Positions 42,249 to 53,558 of a stretch of DNA of 64,000 nucleotides are shown here, piece after piece (the stretch's first letter is position 1; every line of letters begins with the position of its first letter). The stretch comes from an uncultured Clostridia bacterium (GTDB lineage: Bacteria; Bacillota; Clostridia; TANB77; CAG-508): contig CAKPRG010000003.1 in assembly GCA_934182465.1 (NCBI GenBank), positions 109,542 through 173,541 on the forward strand. Direction: 5' to 3'. A model generated the notes under the pieces. The model was given only the letters and a program-made list of their open reading frames with translations, was not told the origin of the DNA and did no database searches. Both the position numbers and the translations under genes were made by a program.

Positions 42249-43793
42249 TTATTTTGCATAATCTATTACTCTAGATTCTCTTATTACATTTACTTTTATT
42301 TGTCCTGGATATTCCATTTCATTTTCTACTCTTTTTGCAACTTCTCTAGCCATTACTACCATTTCGCTATCGCTTACTTTATCTGGTTTTACGATTAAAC
42401 GAACTTCACGTCCAGCTTGTATTGCAAATGATTTTTCAACACCATCAAAAGAGTTTGCAATTTCTTCAAGTTTTTCAAGTCTTTTAATATATGACTCTAA
42501 TGTTTCTCTTCTTGCTCCAGGTCTTGAAGCAGAAATTGCATCTGCAGCTTGTACTAATACAGCTTCTATTGTAAGAGGTTCTACATCTCCATGGTGTGCT
42601 TCAACTGCATTTATTACTAATTCGTTTTCTTTATATTTTTTCAATATATCAACACCAATTTCAACATGTGTTCCTTCCATATCATGGTCTAAAGCTTTTC
42701 CTATATCATGTAATAAACCTGCTCTTCTAGCAATTTTTGAATTAATTCCTAATTCATCTGCCATTATTCTAGCCAAGTTTGAAACTTCAATTGAGTGGTT
42801 TAATACATTTTGACCATAACTAGTTCTATATTTTAGTTTTCCTATAAGCTTGATTAAATCTGGATGTAAATTGTTTACACCTGTTTCTAAAACAGCTCTT
42901 TCTCCTTCTTCTTTGATAATTGATTCAACTTCTTCTTTTGATTTTTCAACCATTTCTTCTATTTTAGCTGGATGAATTCTTCCATCATCAATCAATTTTT
43001 CCAAAGTTAATCTTGCAACTTCTCTTCTAAGAGGATCAAAACCTGAAATGATAACAGCTTCTGGTGTATCATCAATTATAAGATCAATACCTGTTAATGT
43101 TTCTAGAGTTTTTATATTTCTACCTTCTCTACCAATAATTCTTCCTTTCATTTCATCATTTGGAAGTGAAACTACTGATACAGTTGTTTCTGATGTATGA
43201 TCTGCAGCACATTTTTGAATTGCAAATCCTACGATTTCTCTAGCATTTTTTAAGGCATCTTCTTTTGCTTTAGCTTCTGCTTCTCTAATAATTGCAGCTT
43301 TTTCTGAAGTTACTTCTTTTTCTAAGTCGTTTAGTAATTTTTGTTTTGCTTGTTCTTCTGTAAGTCCAGAAATTCTTTCTAGTTCTTGTTTTTCTTTTTC
43401 TACTAAACCTTCTAATTCTTGTTTTTTCTCTTCATTTTCTGCAAATTTTCTTTCTAAGTCTTTTTCTTTTCCGTCATAAATCATTGCTCTTTTTTCAAGA
43501 TTTTCTTCTTTTTGAATTAATCGTTTTTCTTGAACTTGAACGTCGCCTCTTCTTTCTTTTATCTCTTGATCTAATTCATTTCTTATTTGTAAAATTTCTT
43601 CCTTGGCTTTAATTAATTCTTCTTTTTTCATGTTTTCTGCTTCTATTTTTACATTTTCTAATAGTCTTCTTGCTTCGCTTTCAGCACTTTGAATTTTAGA
43701 CTCTGCAATTCTTTTTCTGATATATACTCCAACCGGAATAAAAATTACAGCTGAGATTAAGAAAGTGGCAACAATAATTAAAACTATTTGCAT
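42249..43793 (-). CDS. rny: ribonuclease Y
   Basis: N-terminal TM, coiled coil, KH domain (GREGRNIK), HD domain (HSIEV...LLHDIGK). Confidence 0.92.
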   Translation of the reverse strand: MQIVLIIVATFLISAVIFIPVGVYIRKRIAESKIQSAESEARRLLENVKIEAENMKKEELIKAKEEILQIRNELDQEIKERRGDVQVQEKRLIQKEENLEKRAMIYDGKEKDLERKFAENEEKKQELEGLVEKEKQELERISGLTEEQAKQKLLNDLEKEVTSEKAAIIREAEAKAKEDALKNAREIVGFAIQKCAADHTSETTVSVVSLPNDEMKGRIIGREGRNIKTLETLTGIDLIIDDTPEAVIISGFDPLRREVARLTLEKLIDDGRIHPAKIEEMVEKSKEEVESIIKEEGERAVLETGVNNLHPDLIKLIGKLKYRTSYGQNVLNHSIEVSNLARIMADELGINSKIARRAGLLHDIGKALDHDMEGTHVEIGVDILKKYKENELVINAVEAHHGDVEPLTIEAVLVQAADAISASRPGARRETLESYIKRLEKLEEIANSFDGVEKSFAIQAGREVRLIVKPDKVSDSEMVVMAREVAKRVENEMEYPGQIKVNVIRESRVIDYAK

Positions 43794-44157
43794 AATTATT
43801 TACCTCTTTCTATTAAATTTTCAATGTACAAATAAATTATCTATAAACTAATTTTCATTTTATATAATTTATATTGTATAGTAGTATTCCTACTCTGTTT
43901 TTATTTTATATGTATTACGGTAAACTGTCAAGTTTTTTTACTATTTTTCATACTTTATTTTCAATTTTTCTAGCATTTTATTATAAGTTTTTTAATTTTT
44001 ATTAATATCATAATTATTAAATGACCAAAAGTGGACATTAGATAATTGTAGAAGACAAAATTTAAAAGAAGAACTTCTTTTGTGAAATTCTTCTTTTATT
44101 ATTTTAAATATATTTTTATTTTTTATATTTAATTATTAACTTTATTTATATTTAAGA

Positions 44158-45039
44158 CTAAGCTCTAGGATGTGCTTTATGATAAATTTCTTTTAAATTT
44201 TCATTTTGAAATTGCATATATACTTGTGTTGAAGAAATATCTGAATGCCCTAGCATTGTTTGTATTGCTTTTAGGTCTGCTCCATTTTGTAAAAGATGTG
44301 TTGCAAATGAATGTCTTAAAACATGTGGTGTTATATCTTTAGTAATGTGAGCTTGTTCTTTATAGAATTTTACAATTTTCCAAAATCCTTGTCTTGTTAA
44401 TCTTTTTCCATTTACATTTACAAATAAAGCTTTATTTGATTCATCTTTTATTAGGATTGGTCTTGCTTTTTCAATGTATTCTTTTAATGCTTTCATTGAT
44501 AAAGATCCTAATGGTATATCTCTTTTCTTAAATCCTGTATGACAATATACATAGTTTTCGTCTAAATTAATATCATCTATATCTAATGAAATTATTTCTG
44601 TTACTCTCATTCCAGTAGCATAAGCAAATTCAAGCATTGCTTTATCTCTGATACCTTTTAAGTCAACATTTTTTGGTTGTTCTAATAATAATTCAACTTC
44701 TTTTGATGTCAAAATATTTGGTGCTTTTTTTTCTACTTTTGGTGATTGTACTCCAACTGTAGGATCTTTTCTAATTTTCTTTGTTCTTAACAAAAATTGA
44801 TAAAATGCTCTAATTGTTGCTAAAGCTCTTGAAATTGTTGATGTTTTTTTATTCATGCTTTTTAAATATTCAAAATATTCATTTATGTCATCAGCATTAA
44901 TTCTTAAGTAATTTTTCTTGTGTTGCTCTATGTATGTTTGATATTGTAAAATATCTCTTTTGTAAGATTGCAATGTATTAGAAGATACCTTCTTATCATT
45001 TTCAAGAAATTCTAAAAAAAGTTTTATTTGTTTATCCAT
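44158..45039 (-). CDS. xerD: tyrosine recombinase XerD-like
   Basis: HVLRHSFATHLLQNGADLKAIQTMLGHSDISSTQVY catalytic box. Confidence 0.8.
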   Translation of the reverse strand: MDKQIKLFLEFLENDKKVSSNTLQSYKRDILQYQTYIEQHKKNYLRINADDINEYFEYLKSMNKKTSTISRALATIRAFYQFLLRTKKIRKDPTVGVQSPKVEKKAPNILTSKEVELLLEQPKNVDLKGIRDKAMLEFAYATGMRVTEIISLDIDDINLDENYVYCHTGFKKRDIPLGSLSMKALKEYIEKARPILIKDESNKALFVNVNGKRLTRQGFWKIVKFYKEQAHITKDITPHVLRHSFATHLLQNGADLKAIQTMLGHSDISSTQVYMQFQNENLKEIYHKAHPRA

Positions 45040-45153
45040 GCTATTTCTCCAATCATACTTTTATTTATTTTTTGCATATTATGGCTATGCAATACCTATA
45101 ATTTACATAAGACATATATGTTATATCAAAAGAAACTTAAAAAGTAAAGTCTT

Positions 45154-45771
45154 TTACAAAAAATCTTTCAAAAAAATTAAAAAATTTGTAGATATATACA
45201 CTTCTATAAAGCTTGCAATTACTGATAGTACTAATGATATTAACATAATTAATGAATGTCTAAATAATTCCACTTTTAAGTTTACGATATTTCTTTTTAT
45301 ATTTACATATAATTGTATGCCACTATTTGCTATTAAAAAAATTGCCATAAATAATATAATATTTTGTAAAATCATTGTTGACAATACAAAAATTATTCCT
45401 GTTTTTATTCCTGAACTTGCAAATATTGCAGCTACTGTATATCCTAATGAAAATCCTTTATATAAACAAGCTAAATAGATAAAAAAACTCCCTATTATTG
45501 TACAGCCTAAAAACCAAATTAATATTATAAATATGCAATTATTTTTTAAACTTTCTAATAGTAAAAGAGCTTTATTTATACCTTCTGCATTTTTTATATT
45601 TGAAATTAAAGTTTGTATATAAGAATTTATACTTGTAAGTTCTGATTCGCTTCCTTTTTGTATATAAATCACGCCTAATATAAATCCAATTGCAATGAAA
45701 ATTGCTATTAATGTATATTCTTTTTTATATTTGCTTAAGTGAGAAATAAATAATTTTCTACTTTTTTTCAT
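45154..45771 (-). CDS. spoIIM: stage II sporulation protein M-like membrane protein
   Basis: 205 aa, 5 TM, SpoIIM-like size and topology; next to xerD. Confidence 0.55.
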   Translation of the reverse strand: MKKSRKLFISHLSKYKKEYTLIAIFIAIGFILGVIYIQKGSESELTSINSYIQTLISNIKNAEGINKALLLLESLKNNCIFIILIWFLGCTIIGSFFIYLACLYKGFSLGYTVAAIFASSGIKTGIIFVLSTMILQNIILFMAIFLIANSGIQLYVNIKRNIVNLKVELFRHSLIMLISLVLSVIASFIEVYISTNFLIFLKDFL

Positions 45772-45852
45772 TTTATAAGAGCCTTTCTTAATTTTCTTTA
45801 ACTAAGTTTATTCTCTTATTTTTGAAAAAAGAACATAAAAAAATTATTTATT

Positions 45853-47040
45853 TTATTCTACTTTTCCGTAAACTCCACCGCCACCTTCTACAATATGCAT
45901 TTTTCCTTCTCTTGCATTTATAATGTTTTTTGCAATTTTTTCTCCAACAACTGCTTCTATATCATCATCTGATAATTTGTGTAATATTGTCATTTCTGTA
46001 CCAAATTGATTTAATAATTTATCTATTGTTTTTCCACCTACTCCTGGTATGAATGTAAGTGGTATTTGATAAACATAAGGTGGTCTATTGGCCGGACTTT
46101 TAGTTGTCGGTTTATCTTTTATAATTTCGATTCTGTCAAAAACACCCATTGTTATATTTTTGCTATCACATGTATCACATTTTGTAACTGGTGCTTCACC
46201 TTCAATTCTTTTTCCACAAACTTCACAATATGTTCTATGATATTTTCCAAGTTTTGGATCTAATCCATAATTGCATACTATTTTTCTGTTATCTTCGTTT
46301 TTTAAGGCTTTTAATAATTCTTTATAGCTTATATCTTCAACTTCTATAACATTATATTCTCTAGCAATTTTAGGCAAAGAGTGAGCATCTGAATTTGTTA
46401 AAAATGTTTTTTCTTCTAATTCGCTTATTTCATCTGCTAAATATGTATCTGAACTTAATCCTAATTCTATTGCTGGTATATGTGAATATTTTTCTTTAAA
46501 TATTCTTTTTAAGCTTTTTGTACAATTTCCATAAAAACTTTTATGTGGTGTAAAAGCATGTGCTGGCACTAAAATTCCATTATTAGCTTCTACAATATCT
46601 ATTAATTCGTATGCAGATATATCTGCTCTTTGAGAACTTAAAGTCATATTTTTTATATGTTTACTCATTTCTTGTGAAAATGCTTTTATGTCTTTTAGAG
46701 TTGGGAAATAACATAAATTATGTGCACTTCCTGTTTTTCCATCTTCATTTTTTTCTGATGTTTCTATTTCACTACCTAATATAATACAAACTTTATCTTG
46801 GTAAATAATTCCACCATCTTCTATTTCGTATGCTTCACCTGTTTTTAAGAAGTTTTCAATGTCTTCAATAACATAAGGTGATGCACAATCTATAATTCCT
46901 ACTATATTTATTCCTTTTCTTTCTACACATTCTTTAGCTATATTAGCAAAATTTAAGCTTCTTGCAGCTGTAATTTTTATTGGTTTACCATTTTCGCTTC
47001 TTCCTATATGAACATGTAAATCTGCAAATACTTTATACAT
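45853..47040 (-). CDS. PHP-domain protein, endonuclease Q-like (PHP + zinc finger + HhH)
   Basis: ADLHVHIG PHP motif, CEVCGKR...CDTCDS zinc finger, GVGGKTIDKL HhH; start at MYKVFADLHVH. Confidence 0.5.
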   Translation of the reverse strand: MYKVFADLHVHIGRSENGKPIKITAARSLNFANIAKECVERKGINIVGIIDCASPYVIEDIENFLKTGEAYEIEDGGIIYQDKVCIILGSEIETSEKNEDGKTGSAHNLCYFPTLKDIKAFSQEMSKHIKNMTLSSQRADISAYELIDIVEANNGILVPAHAFTPHKSFYGNCTKSLKRIFKEKYSHIPAIELGLSSDTYLADEISELEEKTFLTNSDAHSLPKIAREYNVIEVEDISYKELLKALKNEDNRKIVCNYGLDPKLGKYHRTYCEVCGKRIEGEAPVTKCDTCDSKNITMGVFDRIEIIKDKPTTKSPANRPPYVYQIPLTFIPGVGGKTIDKLLNQFGTEMTILHKLSDDDIEAVVGEKIAKNIINAREGKMHIVEGGGGVYGKVE

Positions 47041-47211
47041 TTCTATATTCCTTTCTATGTTTCTAAAACTATTTGTATTATATTTCTTTTTCCGACAAAA
47101 TTCAATCACTTTTTTATTTTTCATTATGATATTTGGTTCATATATATAATTCGTTAAAAAGTTTATATGCAATTCATTTCAATGAAATAAATATTTTTGG
47201 CATAAAAAAAA

Positions 47212-47565
47212 GAAGCAAATCTGTAAGCCGGGTTCTGTCGTGAATAGTCATTTATCTAGGATATATATTGCTATATATCTCAAGCCACTCAAATCGAGAA
47301 AATGGCGAGCAGCCTTAACTTTCTCTACAAGGTGTTGCTCCAGATAGGGTTTACACAGCCAATGTATCACTACACTGCTGGTGGGCTTTTACTCCACCTT
47401 TTCACCTGAACCTAAAAAGGTTGTTATTTTCTGTTGCACTTTCCCTAAGGTCACCCTCGCTTGACGTTATCAAGTATCTTTGCTCTATGGAGCCCGGACT
47501 TTCCTCTCGTGGTACCTTTCGGTATTCACCAGCGACTATTTAATTTACTTCTTTGTATATTTTAC
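47212..47565 (-). ncRNA. rnpB: RNase P RNA, bacterial type A
   Basis: rc contains universal P4 GAGGAAAGTCCGGGCTCCATAG and 3' ACAGAACCCGGCTTACAG; GC-rich island in AT-rich DNA; P1 pairing AGAAGTAAAT/ATTTGCTTCT. Confidence 0.85.
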
Positions 47566-47570
47566 TCTGA

Positions 47571-48506
47571 TTAAAATTCTTTGTCAAGTTTTAATTTTGC
47601 AACAAAAAATCCTTCATATAAATCTGTTGGTTTAACACATAAAACTCCATCAATACTAGTTGGCAATTTTGGTAAATCATTAAACTTTTCATCATTTATT
47701 GGCTCAATTTCAATAATTCCTAAATTCAAAAATTTCTTAATTATTTCTTCATTTTCTTCTTGCAAAATTGAACAAGTCGAATATACTAATTCACCATTTT
47801 TTCTCAATATTTTTAATGCTTTTTTTAGTAAAATTTCTTGTGTTTTTGATGAACGATTTATTAATTCTTCTGTAAAATATTTTTTGTAGTTATCGTTTAA
47901 TAAGGTAATTGTCCCACTTCCACTACATGGTGCATCTAATAAAATTTTATCAAAAGAAAAGAAATCACTTAAATTTCTAGAATCTTCTTTCATTAAATTT
48001 ACACCTTTTGCACCTTGTTTTTGGATATTGTATTCTAGTCTTTCATATCTTATTTTATTTTTTTCGCATGCTGTTATTAAAGCTTTGTTATTAGATATCA
48101 TTGCTATTTCTGTTGTTTTTCCTCCTGGTGCAGCCGTCATATCTAATATATTTTCTTTTTCCTTTGGTTCTAGAATTATCGGTGGTAACATTGAAGATAT
48201 ACTTTGTAAATATATTTTTCCTTCTGTATAAATATCTAATTTTTTTATTGTATCTTCTTGATTTTCTTCTAATATAATTGCATTTTCATATATATTGCTT
48301 ATTTGATACTCAATTTTTTCTTGTTTTAATATTTCTTCTATCTCTTGGACAGATGTTTTTATTGTGTTTACACGAAATGTAGTTTTTCTTTTTTTATTAA
48401 ATCCATCAATAATTTCATTTGTTAATTCTTCATTATATTGTTTTACTAATTTTTCTTTAAAAAAATTTGGTATGTGATTACATTCATTTGCTGATGTGTC
48501 GGACAT
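47571..48506 (-). CDS. 16S rRNA m5C methyltransferase, RsmB/RsmF (NOL1/NOP2/Sun) family
   Basis: DMTAAPGGKT SAM motif, DAPCSGSG and catalytic TCS motifs. Confidence 0.75.
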   Translation of the reverse strand: MSDTSANECNHIPNFFKEKLVKQYNEELTNEIIDGFNKKRKTTFRVNTIKTSVQEIEEILKQEKIEYQISNIYENAIILEENQEDTIKKLDIYTEGKIYLQSISSMLPPIILEPKEKENILDMTAAPGGKTTEIAMISNNKALITACEKNKIRYERLEYNIQKQGAKGVNLMKEDSRNLSDFFSFDKILLDAPCSGSGTITLLNDNYKKYFTEELINRSSKTQEILLKKALKILRKNGELVYSTCSILQEENEEIIKKFLNLGIIEIEPINDEKFNDLPKLPTSIDGVLCVKPTDLYEGFFVAKLKLDKEF

Positions 48507-48522
48507 CGTAAATTGTTCCTTT

Positions 48523-50352
48523 CTACAAATTTTTACCTTTTAGTCTTTCCAATTCTTCTTGTGTATATTTTATTGTTGTTGGTCTTCCGTGTGGACATGT
48601 ATATGGATTTGGTAATGAAAATAGTTCTTGTAATAAAGTATCAATTTCTTTAAAAGTTAATACCATACCAGCTTTTACAGCAGCCTTACATGCAACTGTT
48701 GCAATAAATTTATTTTCTATTTCTTGTTTTGATGTTCTTGCATAAGAAGTCAATTCTTTTAAAGTATCTTGAAATATTGTAGCACTATCCAAACTATATG
48801 CAATGTTTGGAACTCCACTAATTTTTATTGTATCATTTCCAAAATCCTCTATTTGAAATCCTACTTTTTTAAATACTTCTATATTATCTTTTACAAGTTC
48901 TACTTCTGACCTTTTAAGTGGTAAAATAGTTGGAATAATTAACATTTGAGTTTCTGGATCTTTTCCACTATTATAACTATCTTTTACTTGCTCATACAAA
49001 ACTCTTTCATGAGCAGCATGTTGATCGACAAAATATAATTCTCCTGATATATCAATCATTATAAAAGTTTTGAATACCACTCCAATATATTTATATTCTA
49101 ATTTTTTATTTTCTTTTGCAAGTTCTTTTTTTATTTCTGCAGACGCTTCAGCACTAATATTTTTAGCATTTTGTATTCTTTTTAATAATGGATTTTCAAA
49201 ATTCATATTGTTTTTTAAATCTACTGAATTTGATTTGATTTTATCTTTTTCACTAGAATTGTCAACTTGTATACTAAAGCTTTCTGGCAAATAACTTTCT
49301 TGTTTTTTTACATAATCTTCTCTAATACTTTCAGAATTTCTGGTTTCATTTCTTCCCAAAAATTCCTCTTTAAGTAAAGCATCTTTAACTCCTTGATAAA
49401 CTAATTTGAATACATCATCTTCATTTTGGAATTTAATTTCTTTTTTAGTTGGATGTATGTTCATATCTACTAATTGAGTAGGAATTTTTGCATTTAAAAT
49501 AACAAATGGAAATTTTCCTATTTTTAAAGCACCTTTAAAAGCCTGTTCTGCTCCACTCGCCAAAATATCGTTTTCAATTGAACGATTATTTACGAAAAAT
49601 ATTTCATTCTTTCTATATGGCATCTCTACTCTTGAACTTCCAACAACACCTTTTATATTTAAATTTTGATATGTATAGTCTACATCAATTAAATTATTAG
49701 CTACATCTTTTCCAAAAATTTCATATACTGCATCTTGCATTTTGGAATTGCCACTTGTTTTTAATACTGTTTTTCCAGAATTTATTAATTTAAAAGAAAC
49801 ATCTAAATTTGATAAAGCTTGTCTTATTAATACTTTTTTTATTTTTTGTAATTCTGAATTATCATTTTTCAAAAATTTATATCTAACTGGTACATTAAAA
49901 AATAAATCTTTTACTACTATATTTGTACCTTTACTACATTCTTTTTCTTCGATTTTTCCTGTTTCATTTCCTTTTACTCTATATGTATAGCCTGTTGTAG
50001 CATTTTCTTTTTTGCTTGTCAAAGTAACATCTGCAACAGATGAAATACTTGCTAAAGCTTCACCTCTAAAACCCATTGTTAGCACTTTGCTCAAGTCTTC
50101 ACTACTACGTAATTTACTAGTTGCATGTCTTTCAAAAGCAATATCTATATCATCATAATCAATTCCTTTACCATTATCAGTTACTCTTATATAAGTTTTT
50201 CCACCATTTTTAACTTCTATTTCTATTCTAGTAGCATTAGCATCTATTGAATTTTCTACTAGTTCTTTTACAACAGAAGATGGACCTTCAATAACTTCAC
50301 CAGCAGCAATTTGGTTTATTGTTAAATCATCTAATAATTTTATTGTTTTCAT
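48523..50352 (-). CDS. mutL: DNA mismatch repair protein MutL
   Basis: IAAGEVIEGPSSVVKELVENSIDA GHKL ATPase; C-terminal dimerisation domain. Confidence 0.95.
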   Translation of the reverse strand: MKTIKLLDDLTINQIAAGEVIEGPSSVVKELVENSIDANATRIEIEVKNGGKTYIRVTDNGKGIDYDDIDIAFERHATSKLRSSEDLSKVLTMGFRGEALASISSVADVTLTSKKENATTGYTYRVKGNETGKIEEKECSKGTNIVVKDLFFNVPVRYKFLKNDNSELQKIKKVLIRQALSNLDVSFKLINSGKTVLKTSGNSKMQDAVYEIFGKDVANNLIDVDYTYQNLNIKGVVGSSRVEMPYRKNEIFFVNNRSIENDILASGAEQAFKGALKIGKFPFVILNAKIPTQLVDMNIHPTKKEIKFQNEDDVFKLVYQGVKDALLKEEFLGRNETRNSESIREDYVKKQESYLPESFSIQVDNSSEKDKIKSNSVDLKNNMNFENPLLKRIQNAKNISAEASAEIKKELAKENKKLEYKYIGVVFKTFIMIDISGELYFVDQHAAHERVLYEQVKDSYNSGKDPETQMLIIPTILPLKRSEVELVKDNIEVFKKVGFQIEDFGNDTIKISGVPNIAYSLDSATIFQDTLKELTSYARTSKQEIENKFIATVACKAAVKAGMVLTFKEIDTLLQELFSLPNPYTCPHGRPTTIKYTQEELERLKGKNL

Positions 50353-50370
50353 AAAATACCTTTTTCCTTT

Positions 50371-50622
50371 TTATAATTCAAATATATTTGCTTTCAGTAT
50401 CAATTTTGATATTTTACTTTTTTCTTTTAAAGGTACTTCCCATCTGCTACCAGTAATTGATCTTCCCTTTTTGTATTCAGCAGATGGTTCTCCTAATATT
50501 TTTTGTAATTCTTTTTGTAAATCAACTTTATTTGTATAAATAGATAATATTTTTTCTCCATATAACACATTTACAGTTGTTTCTGTTTCACATAAATTAG
50601 CTTGTTTATAAATTTTACTCAT
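50371..50622 (-). CDS. hypothetical protein (83 aa)
   Basis: ORF only. Confidence 0.3.
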   Translation of the reverse strand: MSKIYKQANLCETETTVNVLYGEKILSIYTNKVDLQKELQKILGEPSAEYKKGRSITGSRWEVPLKEKSKISKLILKANIFEL

Positions 50623-50689
50623 TTCTACATCCTTTGATTAATTTTGAATCATTTTATCACAATTTTTTAGATTTTTCTACATTTTTTAA

Positions 50690-52240
50690 TTAATCAATTG
50701 TTTGCCAAATATCTATATCTCCAGATTTTAATATATTTCCATTTTTGTCTAAAAGTATATGATCTGACTCGAAATATGGTTCATCTGTATCTGTTTGGAA
50801 ATACATCATATTAGTTTCATAACTTCCTGAAAATAAATTATTTCTAAGATTTTTTAGAGATTGTGGTAATACTTTATTTTCAAAACTAGTTTTAGTTGTA
50901 GTTAAATAGTACTTATTACCATATACTCTATAATTACCATCATTTTCATTGTTAAGTCCATCACATTCATAAAAAGAATTTAATGCATAAAAATGATTTG
51001 AATCATCTTTAGCTTTTTGCTTAAATTCTACTACTGATTTATTTATATAATCTTTAATTTTTTCATCAACTTTTTCATTACTATCTTTTGTAGAATTAAC
51101 TAATGATACATCAATATAATAATTTTCTTCATGTTCTAAAACTTTATATGTTACAAATAATTCTGTTACTAAGTTATTAAATGGTCCAACTTTTTCATAT
51201 TTTCCATCATATAGGTTTGTCTTTACATTAAATCTATCATAAATAATTACATTATCTGCTATATCTTGGAATGTTATTTCTGCATTAGTTATAAAATCTT
51301 CATCAGCTATATATAAAGTAGAAGGACATACAAAAAAGTTTATATCTTTTCCTCTTTGAAAATCACTTACTATTTTATAAATATCTTCTTCTATATTGCT
51401 ACTATCTTCACTTTGGACGCAATCTCCTGTTCCTTCATTAAAATCAACATAAGATTGAGCAATGCTATTGTATAATTTTTCTAATAAAATATTGCTTATT
51501 TTAGATTTTGGACCTAGTACATCTTCTATTTTTAATTTTTCGCCATTTACAAGATTATAATTTATTCCTTTTGTATAATATTTATAATTACTGCCTTTAT
51601 TTTCTATTGTTAAAATATATTCAATAGAAATTATATTAGCAAAATTTCCTTCTACTACTGCAGAAGTCTCAATGCTTAAAGCTTCTGGATTTTTTTCCAA
51701 TATATTTTGTACAAATTCATTAATATCGTCTTTAATTTTTTGATTTATCTCTTCTTGTAATTTTTTATCTTTTAATCCATCTATTTCTACATATTCTAAT
51801 TCTTTTCCATCTAAATTTGAATTTTTTTCTGTTTTTTTCTCACATTTTAGTGGATTTGTATAATATGTTCCATCTAAATCTACTGTTGAATATTTTGTAT
51901 CTTCTTCTTTGGCAATTTCTTTTACTTTTTCAACGATATTATCTTTTGGTGTATTATTGTTTTTTTCATTATTTTGCATAACAAAATAATATACAGTTCC
52001 AACAACAATTGCAATTACAATTATTACAAAAAGAACTCTACCAAATACAATTTGCTTAAGTGTTTTAGGCTTTTTTTCTTTTTTATTTTTAGAATTTACA
52101 CTTTTTGTATTTTCTATATCTTCATCTTGATTAATTGCTTTATTTGAAACTTCTGTTGAACTAATTATTTCATTTTCATTTCTAACTTTTTTTATTTCAT
52201 CTTGATTGTTTATTTTATTTTCTTTATTTTCATTTTCCAT
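50690..52240 (-). CDS. hypothetical single-pass membrane protein with large extracytoplasmic domain
   Basis: Acidic N-terminal, one TM, ~400 aa external. Confidence 0.4.
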   Translation of the reverse strand: MENENKENKINNQDEIKKVRNENEIISSTEVSNKAINQDEDIENTKSVNSKNKKEKKPKTLKQIVFGRVLFVIIVIAIVVGTVYYFVMQNNEKNNNTPKDNIVEKVKEIAKEEDTKYSTVDLDGTYYTNPLKCEKKTEKNSNLDGKELEYVEIDGLKDKKLQEEINQKIKDDINEFVQNILEKNPEALSIETSAVVEGNFANIISIEYILTIENKGSNYKYYTKGINYNLVNGEKLKIEDVLGPKSKISNILLEKLYNSIAQSYVDFNEGTGDCVQSEDSSNIEEDIYKIVSDFQRGKDINFFVCPSTLYIADEDFITNAEITFQDIADNVIIYDRFNVKTNLYDGKYEKVGPFNNLVTELFVTYKVLEHEENYYIDVSLVNSTKDSNEKVDEKIKDYINKSVVEFKQKAKDDSNHFYALNSFYECDGLNNENDGNYRVYGNKYYLTTTKTSFENKVLPQSLKNLRNNLFSGSYETNMMYFQTDTDEPYFESDHILLDKNGNILKSGDIDIWQTID

Positions 52241-52302
52241 ATAAATAACCCCGTTCTTCAAGCTCTACAAATACTTAAATTTTTTATATAATTTCTTTTA
52301 AA

Positions 52303-53241
52303 TTATTTGCATGGAACATATCCTGCTTCTTCAGCAACTTTTTGTCCTCTTGTTGAAAGCATATTTTCTTTTAAACTTTCTGCTTCACTACTAATATCAT
52401 TTTTTCTATTTACTATATAATAAGCTGTTAAAATTGGATATTCACCATTTTTGATTGTATCATTATTTGGCTCAACTCCATCTACTTTTAATAGTTTGAT
52501 TTCATCACTTAAATACATTGTATTTGCATAATAATAATATGAATATCCTATTGCAGATTCTTTATTATCATAATTTGATACAGCATCTATAATGTCTGAC
52601 ATTGTCATTGCAATATCTTCTTTTGGAGCTTCTTTAATTTTTTTATCTTTCATAACTAAATCAAGCATTCCTGTTTGACTTCCAGAATTTTTTGGTCTTT
52701 GATAAGCAATAATTTCTTCATCATTACCACCAACTTCTTTCCAATTAGTTATTTCTCCTGAATATATTTTTTGTATTTGTTCAACTGTTAAGCTATTTAC
52801 TGGATTATTTTTGTTTAAGAAAAATACAAATCCTTCATTTACTACTTTTGTAACTTCTAATTCAACATTTGATTTTTCAGCTAATTTTTCTTCATCTTCA
52901 GATGGTGAAGTTACTAATATTAAATCTAATTCTTTATTTATTAATTTTTCATAAGCTTTATGTGTTTTTGAATGTTCTACATTTACTTCATCTATTTTCT
53001 TTCCTTTAAAGTTTGCTTCAAATACTTCTGCAAGTGGTGCTGTTGCTGTTGATCCATCTACTTTTGGATAATTTTCATCTGTATATAGTGGTTCTGTACT
53101 AATTTTTTCTTCAACTTGTTCTGGTTCATTTTGATTTTTTAAGTCATTAGTAAAATATTTGTATGCAACATATCCAAGTGCAACAATAACTAAGCAAATT
53201 ACAATTGTAATTATATTTGCTATAACTTTTTTCTTCTTCAT
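52303..53241 (-). CDS. membrane-anchored periplasmic-binding-protein-like (PstS/PBP-like) lipoprotein
   Basis: N-terminal TM/signal, DGSTATAPLAE motif resembling PstS family. Confidence 0.45.
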   Translation of the reverse strand: MKKKKVIANIITIVICLVIVALGYVAYKYFTNDLKNQNEPEQVEEKISTEPLYTDENYPKVDGSTATAPLAEVFEANFKGKKIDEVNVEHSKTHKAYEKLINKELDLILVTSPSEDEEKLAEKSNVELEVTKVVNEGFVFFLNKNNPVNSLTVEQIQKIYSGEITNWKEVGGNDEEIIAYQRPKNSGSQTGMLDLVMKDKKIKEAPKEDIAMTMSDIIDAVSNYDNKESAIGYSYYYYANTMYLSDEIKLLKVDGVEPNNDTIKNGEYPILTAYYIVNRKNDISSEAESLKENMLSTRGQKVAEEAGYVPCK

Positions 53242-53558
53242 ATCTTTTTCCATAGTAAAATCCTTTCTTGCTTGTTATTCAAGCTAAATTAGTTATAAAT
53301 GTTTCATTTGCTAACTAATTTTAAAATAATATTTTGGTTTAAAATATAATATCATTAAATAAAATTTATTACAAGAAAAAAGCACCTCAAAAGTTAGATT
53401 TTTGCTCTAACATTGAGGTACAATTCATACTAATTTTTTATATTCTTAAATTTTATAAAAATCACTAAGTATTAAATACAAAATTCACTTTAAAAGTTTC
53501 AATTTGAGAGTTCCAATTTAAAAGTTTCAACCAGAAATAAAATATATCATTTTTATTA

